Made by a program: the position numbers and the translations under genes. 32,000 bases of DNA from Acinetobacter wanghuae (GTDB lineage Bacteria; Pseudomonadota; Gammaproteobacteria; Pseudomonadales; Moraxellaceae): assembly GCF_009557235.1 (NCBI RefSeq), contig NZ_CP045650.1, positions 210,001 to 242,000 on the forward strand, given 5' to 3'. The notes beneath the pieces were generated by a model, which saw nothing but the letters and a program-made list of their open reading frames with translations, was not told the DNA's origin and ran no database searches. Each line of letters starts with the position of its first letter. Position 1 is the stretch's first letter. Positions 9,281-15,573 of the stretch are shown one piece after another.

Positions 9281-9520
9281 TGGTCAAAATGACCACTCCA
9301 TAAAAGCGATGCTCAAAAGTGAGCAACGGTATTCACTGAGCGAAAAATTGCGTTGAGTGGGTGTGTCCAAATATGGACAGACCTCAAAATTGAGTTTTGC
9401 ACGTGACTATCAGGTACTCACAAAGATAACCCCAACTTTGGGGGGCATCTCTTAACTTTCACCACTGATTAGAGTTTAAAACAATGGTTATCCTCAAATT
9501 TGAGGGCATCCCTTAACATC
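9281..9520. other. Cluster of six short inverted repeats or hairpins with A/T-rich centres, including two related modules of about 30 nt
   Basis: TGGTCA-AAA-TGACCA (9281-9295), GCTCA-AAAG-TGAGC (9311-9324), TGTCCA-AATA-TGGACA (9364-9379), CTCAA-AA-TTGAG (9383-9394), CCCCAA-CT-TTGGGG (9430-9443) and CCTCAAATTTGAGG (9492-9505). The last two are each followed by GCATC(T/C)CTTAAC. Confidence 0.85.
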
Positions 9521-9651
9521 ACTGTTTTCAATAGTTTGGGCTGTATTTTTAAGGTTTTGAGCACCACCCCTTATTACTGGATCTTTTGCTAGTTTCACAG
9601 TCTAACTCTCGATCCAACTAATCAATGATCCGATCACATAGGTCGCCATTT

Positions 9652-10026
9652 TCAAAGAAGATCCAACTGTCCAATCTTATATTGATAAGTTCCCCATTCA
9701 CCTTCACGAGGAACGCGTTCAACGCCAGTTTCAGATTGCCATAGTTGAATTAATGCCTCGCCATTTTCATAATTTGGAATTCCACCACGTGACCATTCGG
9801 AGACAGTTGAAGCGCCACTGACAGGTAAAACAAAGGAGATCTTTTGATGTGTCCATCCGATCTTACTTAAATCCAAGATCATACGATTGAAGTCAGGACG
9901 TTTATAGCTACGGCGTTTGGCGAAAAACTCTTTTACCTTTTTTTGGGTCTTTAAGTTTTTAAATCTTTCAGCTAGTGATTTTCCAAAAATTTCTGTATCT
10001 ACAGAGCCATCATCGGTGAACATCAT
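9652..10026 (-). CDS. Hypothetical phage protein (124 aa), last gene of the early operon
   Basis: Its ATG overlaps the dnaB-like stop (ATGATG/TGA at 10021-10026). No domain recognised. Confidence 0.7.
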   Translation of the reverse strand: MMFTDDGSVDTEIFGKSLAERFKNLKTQKKVKEFFAKRRSYKRPDFNRMILDLSKIGWTHQKISFVLPVSGASTVSEWSRGGIPNYENGEALIQLWQSETGVERVPREGEWGTYQYKIGQLDLL

Positions 10027-11390
10027 ATTGTAATCCCCTGAATTTGATTAAGTGCATCATGATCTAGGTTGGTGAATTGGCAGTACTTCAGTTGAGCATG
10101 CATGTAGGCTGTACCAGCTTCGCCGTGGCGATTCTTTCCAACGATGGCTTCAGCAATGCCTCTGTATTGAGACTCTTTGTTATAGACCTCATCACGGTAT
10201 AAAAAAATAATTTGGTCAGCATCTTGCTCAATCGCGCCTGATTCTCGTAGATCTGACATCATTGGACGTTTGTTAGGACGTTTTTCTAGCTCTCGGTTAA
10301 GCTGAGATAAAAGCACTATGACGCAATCAAACTCCTTAGCCATGGCTTTAAGTTCACCAGTGAAATAGGCAATCTTTAAGTCTTCCCGGGCGAACTGCTT
10401 TGTTGTCTTCATGATCTGCAGGTAGTCGACCAACACGACACCGATAAAACCATACTGATGTTTTACTTTACGAATAGATTCTCGGATATTTGAAATAGAT
10501 GGGCGTGAGGTGTCATTGATCTGCATTGGTACTTTTTGAAGCATTACTACGGCGTTTGTATACGCTGTAAATTCCTCTTTGGGTAGGAGGTGAGGGGAAT
10601 TGCGTACGATTCCAATATCTGCAGGTGCAATCGCGCAACAGAGGCGCATAGCGATTTGCTCCTTCGGCATTTCTCCCGACATGATTAGACTGGGTTTGTT
10701 CTGTACAACTGCTACATTATTCGCAATGAGCTGGAGCATAGTAGTTTTACCCATTGCTGGTCGCGCAGCCACTACCATTAGACAACCAGGTTCAACATCA
10801 CCTAACTTTTTATCCAAGTCATAGATACCAGTTTGAATCCCTTTAATCATAGTTTCGCCAGCAAGTGCGGCTTCAATCTTACGGTGCATCTCAAGAAATG
10901 TGTTGGAGGCGGCATCATGAATATGAAAAAGACTTGTACTGCCTTGCTCAGTACTTATATCTGTAAAAGCTGTCTGAGCATTCAAAACCAAATCACCACG
11001 GCTTGTGGTCAAGCTACGTGCGTTCTGAATTACTTTCAGTGCTTCTGCTTCAACCTTTCGACAGGTTGTGAGGTCCTTTAACTTTTCTGTATAAGGGATC
11101 AAGTTGTAAAAGCTAGAAGGTGCATCACCCAAAATCTGCATGATGTAGCGCTCACCACCAGCCGCGTCGGAGTAGTTGTGCATTTCTAGCCATTGGTTGA
11201 CCAATACAGCATCGTATGGTGAATTCTTTGCATCTAAATCAACAATTGCCTGAAAAATTAATTTATGACGTGTAGCATGAAAATCTTCTTCAGAAATCAG
11301 ATTCTCAACTTGAGCATATGAGTTTGCAACGGTCATTAATGCTGCAAGAACAGCTTGCTCAATTTGTAAGTTATGGATCGTTGTATTCAT
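10023..11390 (-). CDS. dnaB: Replicative DNA helicase, DnaB family
   Basis: Typical DnaB N-terminus NLQIEQAVLAALM, Walker A ARPAMGKTT, and C-terminal RecA-like motifs (SGAIEQDAD, KNRHG). The start was moved to the ATG at 11390, which makes a TAATG overlap with the upstream gene. Confidence 0.9.
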   Translation of the reverse strand: MNTTIHNLQIEQAVLAALMTVANSYAQVENLISEEDFHATRHKLIFQAIVDLDAKNSPYDAVLVNQWLEMHNYSDAAGGERYIMQILGDAPSSFYNLIPYTEKLKDLTTCRKVEAEALKVIQNARSLTTSRGDLVLNAQTAFTDISTEQGSTSLFHIHDAASNTFLEMHRKIEAALAGETMIKGIQTGIYDLDKKLGDVEPGCLMVVAARPAMGKTTMLQLIANNVAVVQNKPSLIMSGEMPKEQIAMRLCCAIAPADIGIVRNSPHLLPKEEFTAYTNAVVMLQKVPMQINDTSRPSISNIRESIRKVKHQYGFIGVVLVDYLQIMKTTKQFAREDLKIAYFTGELKAMAKEFDCVIVLLSQLNRELEKRPNKRPMMSDLRESGAIEQDADQIIFLYRDEVYNKESQYRGIAEAIVGKNRHGEAGTAYMHAQLKYCQFTNLDHDALNQIQGITI

Positions 11391-12208
11391 TAGGGACTTC
11401 CCAAAAGGCTTTTTGGTTTTGTCGGTAAATTGATAAATGGCTGAGTACAAATAGTTTGCTGTTCAATCGGTGCTTGAATGCCATATTCAGGATTCTGCTT
11501 TTTATAACGATCAAACTTATCTATGATCCAAGCCGTGAACTTATGCAGTTTTTTATTTTCAGATAAACCGCTGTTATCGAAATAAGAGTTGAATGCACTT
11601 AATTCAAATTCGAAACTAGGCAAACCTAAGATCATCTCTATATCACTTTCATGACCTGTCATTTTTATCTTAGTTACTAACTGATCTAAACTAGGAATCC
11701 AGTCGTGTTCTTGAGAGAGATTCATTGATAGATTCATTGATAGATTCTGCGACCCGTTTTTGGGTTCATTCAAAGTACCGTTTTTGGGTTGATTACTATC
11801 CAAAATTGGGTTCATTTGCTGCATAGAATCATCCCGCTTTAGGGTTTCTTTAACAGTACCGTTTTTGGGTTTATTATCATCTTTAATAGACCCATTTTTG
11901 GGTTTATTTAAATCGTACCAATTTTGGGTTTGTTCTCTTGAATGGACACCAGCTAACGCCAAGACCCTAACTCTTCCCGTAGGACCCATTCTCTTACCCG
12001 TATCGATTACAAGACCTAGAGAAATCAGCTCGTTCACTACTTTTTTTACTGTCTTCAAATTTAAAACAGTATCAGCTGCTAAGCGTTCCATGCTCGGCCA
12101 TGCTGTATGTTCCTCACCAGCACGATCTGACAAAGAAAGTAGAACAAGACGTTGTGAAGAAGTATTCACTGGAGCAGTCCAAGCCCAGCGCGTTGCATCA
12201 ATGCTCAT
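11390..12208 (-). CDS. Replication initiator, lambda-O-like, with an N-terminal winged HTH and an iteron-encoded linker
   Basis: AGGAGG RBS. The N-terminus RWAW...QRLVLLSLSDRAG...WPSMERLA...VKKVVNELISLGL is the HTH_36/O-like pattern. The central (K/Q)PKNG(T/S) peptide repeats are encoded by DNA iterons. It sits directly upstream of dnaB. Confidence 0.75.
   Translation of the reverse strand: MSIDATRWAWTAPVNTSSQRLVLLSLSDRAGEEHTAWPSMERLAADTVLNLKTVKKVVNELISLGLVIDTGKRMGPTGRVRVLALAGVHSREQTQNWYDLNKPKNGSIKDDNKPKNGTVKETLKRDDSMQQMNPILDSNQPKNGTLNEPKNGSQNLSMNLSMNLSQEHDWIPSLDQLVTKIKMTGHESDIEMILGLPSFEFELSAFNSYFDNSGLSENKKLHKFTAWIIDKFDRYKKQNPEYGIQAPIEQQTICTQPFINLPTKPKSLLGSP
11719..11747. repeat. 12-bp tandem repeat GATTCATTGATA x2.4
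   Basis: Copies at 11719-11730 and 11731-11742, with a partial copy at 11743-11747. It encodes NLSMNLSMNLS in the O-like protein and flanks the iterons. Confidence 0.85.
11754..11940. repeat. Six iterons CC(G/A)(T/A)TTTTGGGTT, the putative phage replication origin inside the O-like gene
   Basis: Copies start at 11754, 11778, 11800, 11869, 11892 and 11928. The extended consensus is GTACCGTTTTTGGGTT(Y)ATT. The layout parallels lambda ori, which lies within gene O. Confidence 0.7.
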
Positions 12209-12362
12209 CAGATCCTCCTTGCTGATAGTTTTTCAGTACAGCCGTTATTAGACGCTCTGAAGTAATGCGTACAGATTCAACATACTCAGTTGGCGTTGTC
12301 ATATTTGAAGGGTTTGACTCTAATGGCGAAGTGTCTTTTGCGCTCTCAGAAGGCTTATCCAT
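12198..12362 (-). CDS. Small hypothetical protein (54 aa)
   Basis: Its ATG overlaps the stop of the 180-aa gene by 8 nt, and its stop overlaps the O-like start by 11 nt. I chose the internal Met of the 82-aa track ORF. Confidence 0.45.
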   Translation of the reverse strand: MDKPSESAKDTSPLESNPSNMTTPTEYVESVRITSERLITAVLKNYQQGGSDEH

Positions 12363-12897
12363 TTTTAGTAGCCTCCCATTCCGCTTCGTACTTCTCGCAT
12401 TCAATATTGAAGGTATTGCTATGGCTTTCTGCCAAATATTCAGCAATATGGATTAAACGCTCAAGTGTTGAAAAGACTGAAAAATGGATCTTGGTTTGAG
12501 TGGCTTCTTTGACTTCCCTCATCTCACTATTTAATTGAAAGCATAGTGTGTCTAACCAAGTAGCTCCCTCACGAGCAAGGGCATAAGCATCTAGCAAATC
12601 ACCCGCGTCATACTCATCAGATGCATCCTTATCATTCTTTAATCCGTTATAACGATCAATTTGGGTGTCAGCCAATTGAACTGCAAGGATAGTTAAGTTT
12701 TCCATTTCAGTAAAAACGGTGCTATCAGCACGGTATTCTTCAGCATGAGCTTTAACAAATGATATTGATTTTATTATTTGATTAAAGAGTGTACGTAGCT
12801 GTACTGATGATTCTGATGCAAGGGTATAAGCACTAATTATGTCTTTAGTACTATAAAAAGGAATCAATTGTTCTGAAGATTTAACTTTAGCGTTCAT
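12355..12897 (-). CDS. Hypothetical phage protein (180 aa), acidic and predicted helical
   Basis: AGGAG RBS 10 nt upstream. ATGA overlap with the upstream ORF. No domain recognised. Confidence 0.7.
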   Translation of the reverse strand: MNAKVKSSEQLIPFYSTKDIISAYTLASESSVQLRTLFNQIIKSISFVKAHAEEYRADSTVFTEMENLTILAVQLADTQIDRYNGLKNDKDASDEYDAGDLLDAYALAREGATWLDTLCFQLNSEMREVKEATQTKIHFSVFSTLERLIHIAEYLAESHSNTFNIECEKYEAEWEATKNG

Positions 12898-13208
12898 GAT
12901 GAATGCGCTCCTATGTATTTTGGAGCTTCGTCAATCACGACCAAATGATTTGGGTGACGAAGCTGAAAAGGGTTGGTCGGCAGGTAACATAGGGAACCTG
13001 CACACATCATAGATGTGTCCCTCTCCAGCTCCGCCATAACATGCGAACGCATAGAGATTTTACGCACAAAAAAAGCCCGAAGAGCGGACTGTGCGCCTAT
13101 GTTACTTTTGCAGCCGACCAAAGCTGATTCGATGATTTTGCACCGAACAAATTCAATATAGCCGAATAATATTGATTTGAGAAGACATAACCAAAAAATA
13201 AATTTCAT
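12894..13208 (-). CDS. Hypothetical Cys-rich small protein (104 aa) with a hydrophobic N-terminus. The DNA is unusually structured.
   Basis: The ORF exactly bridges its neighbours with ATGA overlaps at both ends (13205-13208 and 12894-12897). Its composition is odd, and it contains nested inverted repeats and a terminator-like hairpin. Confidence 0.5.
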   Translation of the reverse strand: MKFIFWLCLLKSILFGYIEFVRCKIIESALVGCKSNIGAQSALRAFFVRKISMRSHVMAELERDTSMMCAGSLCYLPTNPFQLRHPNHLVVIDEAPKYIGAHSS

Positions 13209-13759
13209 TTGTCTTCCTCATCAAATAATAGGGGCTGTAGCTGGCGTTCAAGCTCTGCCATTTTTTCAGCTGCATGAGGTTTGATTTTTCGACCGAACAA
13301 AACTAAGTTGCGCCCAGCTTCACTAGCGGCATCAGATGCGCGTTCATATTGCAGAACAGCTTTGTTAAATTCAGAAATAAGAGTCAGATTTTGAGATTTG
13401 ATGAAGTCGGACATTTCATCAAAAGCCGCGATATAGCTTTCTTTAAACATCGCGGCTTGTTTGCCAGTGAAGCTCATAATAAGAAAAACGAAACCGTTCT
13501 TGGTCATCTCGTACATTGGTCGGGGCTTCCCCTGAGTATCGATGTATTCCGTGAGCGCAAAATTGCGCCCGCTAAAATCAGCAGAACATTCCAGCTCTCT
13601 CAGTGCACGAAGAACATCACGATGATTTCGTTGAAAGTACTTTGCTACTTTTAACGATGTTGTTGTGGCTTCAGCTTGGTGATCGCTATTGTGAAAGCGA
13701 CTACTGATTTCAATTAGTTGTTCTTGGAATTTGGGAGGGAAATTAAGAGGCTTATTCAT
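13205..13759 (-). CDS. Rha-family phage regulatory protein
   Basis: GGAGG RBS. TSLKVAKYFQRNHRDVLRALREL...GKPRPMYEMTKNGFVFLIMSFTGKQAAMFKESYIAAF matches the Phage_pRha pattern. Confidence 0.8.
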   Translation of the reverse strand: MNKPLNFPPKFQEQLIEISSRFHNSDHQAEATTTSLKVAKYFQRNHRDVLRALRELECSADFSGRNFALTEYIDTQGKPRPMYEMTKNGFVFLIMSFTGKQAAMFKESYIAAFDEMSDFIKSQNLTLISEFNKAVLQYERASDAASEAGRNLVLFGRKIKPHAAEKMAELERQLQPLLFDEEDK

Positions 13760-14049
13760 TGAGAAACCTCCAATCCTTTAGAAGCCATCCATGCTTGAAC
13801 TTCAGAAAGACGCCATACAGTTACACTTGGGCTTAGCTTGACTGGGGCAGGGAATTCCCCACGCTTTACCCACGTCCAGATAGTTTTGTCTGAAACACCG
13901 ATCAGCCCTTTTGAAGCTGGGCGTGAGTTTAGAGTTTTAACTTGACCCTTGTTAATGCCGCTTTTATAAATATGCTGAGTGGCAGGTTTAGCTGGATAAT
14001 TGGCAAGATCTTTGATACGTAAAAAACGGTCTTGATTCATTGAAGCCAT
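13756..14049 (-). CDS. alpA: AlpA-family HTH protein, a putative excisionase or activator
   Basis: C-terminal GVSDKTIWTWVKRGEFPAPVKLSPSVTVWRLSEVQAWM is the AlpA pattern. ATGA overlap with the Rha gene. The start at 14049 (MASMNQ) is uncertain. Confidence 0.7.
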   Translation of the reverse strand: MASMNQDRFLRIKDLANYPAKPATQHIYKSGINKGQVKTLNSRPASKGLIGVSDKTIWTWVKRGEFPAPVKLSPSVTVWRLSEVQAWMASKGLEVSQ

Positions 14050-14160
14050 GTTTGTAACTATCCTATTTATCTGAAATAGATAGCAATTGCATTTCATTGC
14101 AACGCCTTGATAGCTATATATAAGCATGCACTTCTAGGGGGATGGGAAGCGGTCACCCTT

Positions 14161-14188
14161 AAATTAAAGGATACCCCTTTAAGGGGTA
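14161..14188 (-). terminator. Possible terminator overlapping the stop codon of the 416-aa gene
   Basis: The 17-nt palindrome TACCCCTTTAAGGGGTA (14172-14188) is followed on the minus strand by TCCTTTAATTT. Confidence 0.4.
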
Positions 14189-15429
14189 CCCTTTGAATTT
14201 TTACTTAGTGGATGGCCATGATTTTTTTGATTTTCTTTGAAAACATTCCAATCTTTAGGTTTGAGGCGGAGTGGAGTGGTGATGGATTTTAGGCGATCCT
14301 TGAACTTCTCTGTCAATGGAATATGTTCGAAATTCATAGAGTTAAATAACTCATTAATTGCTTGTTCATGAGAGTACTTTTGAGGGAATCTTTTATTAAT
14401 ATATATTTCTTTCCAGATGAAATTAGCTAACGATAGTTCGATAGGGAAATCAGGATTGTCACCACTGAATGGTAAGCAATTTTCTTTAATCTCTTCTTGT
14501 TGGTATGAGTGCACTTTCTGTAGTTCTTGAATTTCAAGTTCCAAATTTTTCTTTTCTTCACGAAGTTGGATTCTTTCTTTTCTTAGCTCATAAAGCTCTT
14601 CTTCTAAGGCTATTTGATTAATATTTTCGTTAAATCCAGCAATAAAAATATCTTTATTAGCAAGTAGCTGTTTAAGCTCGTACGACATGAAGACGGGTGA
14701 ATCCATCTCCTTCAAATTACTTGTATGGTAGATTGATAGTATAAAATTATGAGCCTCAACAAAACGTGGGTATTGGTTTGAGAAATTCTTTTCATCCCAT
14801 GCATTATTTATAGTTACTGGATTTTCATTAGCAATAAGGCACGCGGCTTCTATTAAGGTGAAGAATTCATTTTTATAAAAAATAGGAATAGCAGATTTCG
14901 TTTCAATTGTAGACTGACGTTGTGAAAGTAATTTATCTACTTGAGAGTGATGGAAAAGAATATTTTTTGCATAAAATGGGTTGCCTTCAAAATCCTTCGC
15001 CTCTAATAGCCATCTTATATTTTTAATATCATCATCTATCATTCTTGGAAATGCTTTCAAATATTCATTATCTGCAAGATTAAAAAGAGATGTATCTGAG
15101 ATCGCGTGAGAAATAGACTGAATGATTTTATCTACATTATAAAAAACACCTGAATCTAAGGTGTGACTAGCATCTAAATAGTCAACTAATTGTGAAAAGT
15201 AGATATATCCTTCAAATATAGTAGACCATTTTACTTCTTCAATATGAGCTACAGGTCCACTCTTACAAGCGCTATCTTGGAGTTTTTCGTCACTTATGCA
15301 GACAAGGTTACCTTGAAAATATATACAAGGATTTAATTCTCCGATTCTGCAGTAGTATTTAATGTCATTAACTGAAAGATTATTTTCTGAAGATAGAATA
15401 ACTTCTTCTAATGAATAAAATGATTTCAT
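14179..15429 (-). CDS. Orphan hypothetical protein (416 aa) with a coiled-coil segment, a candidate accessory or defence gene
   Basis: GGGAGG RBS before the ATG at 15429 (MKSFYSLEEV). Visibly AT-rich compared with its neighbours. The coiled coil reads EEELYELRKERIQLREEKKNLELEIQELQK. It has its own flanking intergenic regions. Confidence 0.7.
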   Translation of the reverse strand: MKSFYSLEEVILSSENNLSVNDIKYYCRIGELNPCIYFQGNLVCISDEKLQDSACKSGPVAHIEEVKWSTIFEGYIYFSQLVDYLDASHTLDSGVFYNVDKIIQSISHAISDTSLFNLADNEYLKAFPRMIDDDIKNIRWLLEAKDFEGNPFYAKNILFHHSQVDKLLSQRQSTIETKSAIPIFYKNEFFTLIEAACLIANENPVTINNAWDEKNFSNQYPRFVEAHNFILSIYHTSNLKEMDSPVFMSYELKQLLANKDIFIAGFNENINQIALEEELYELRKERIQLREEKKNLELEIQELQKVHSYQQEEIKENCLPFSGDNPDFPIELSLANFIWKEIYINKRFPQKYSHEQAINELFNSMNFEHIPLTEKFKDRLKSITTPLRLKPKDWNVFKENQKNHGHPLSKNSKGTP

Positions 15430-15573
15430 ATGCCTCCCACGGCATTCCCAAAATAGAACCAAGTCAATCGGATTGGGTATCCGACTTTCACCCCGTCGGG
15501 CTAGACTTAGCAAACTGAATATAACAAATAACTACGTTATGGCTAGTAGAATTACTTAACTCATTTCCTAAAC

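Noticed and set aside
8808-9326. Two long ORFs on opposite strands (8815-9303 +, 162 aa; 8808-9326 -, 172 aa) encoding perfect 39-aa repeats
   Set aside because: The repeat unit is 117 bp, exactly 39 codons, so any frame that lacks a stop in one unit stays open across the whole array. Neither ORF has an SD or a plausible start context. The sequence consists of palindromes, and two overlapping antisense ORFs cannot both be real. I treat them as artefacts, though a repeat protein is not formally excluded.
6875-9651. A second att site (partial tRNA-Ser 3' end) that would split the region into two tandem elements, a prophage plus a satellite
   Set aside because: Reading both strands, I found no copy of the GGATTCGAACCCTC... 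tRNA 3' segment here or elsewhere in 1-16958. The nearest resemblance (TTCCGAAACCTGAG in the array) is not a match. This needs a proper alignment to confirm.
12265-12499. + strand ORFs of 63 and 69 aa (12265-12456, 12290-12499), and the full 82-aa version of the minus ORF 12198-12446
   Set aside because: The + strand ORFs are antisense to a tightly coupled minus-strand operon. For the minus ORF only the internal Met at 12362 fits the overlap pattern with its neighbours.
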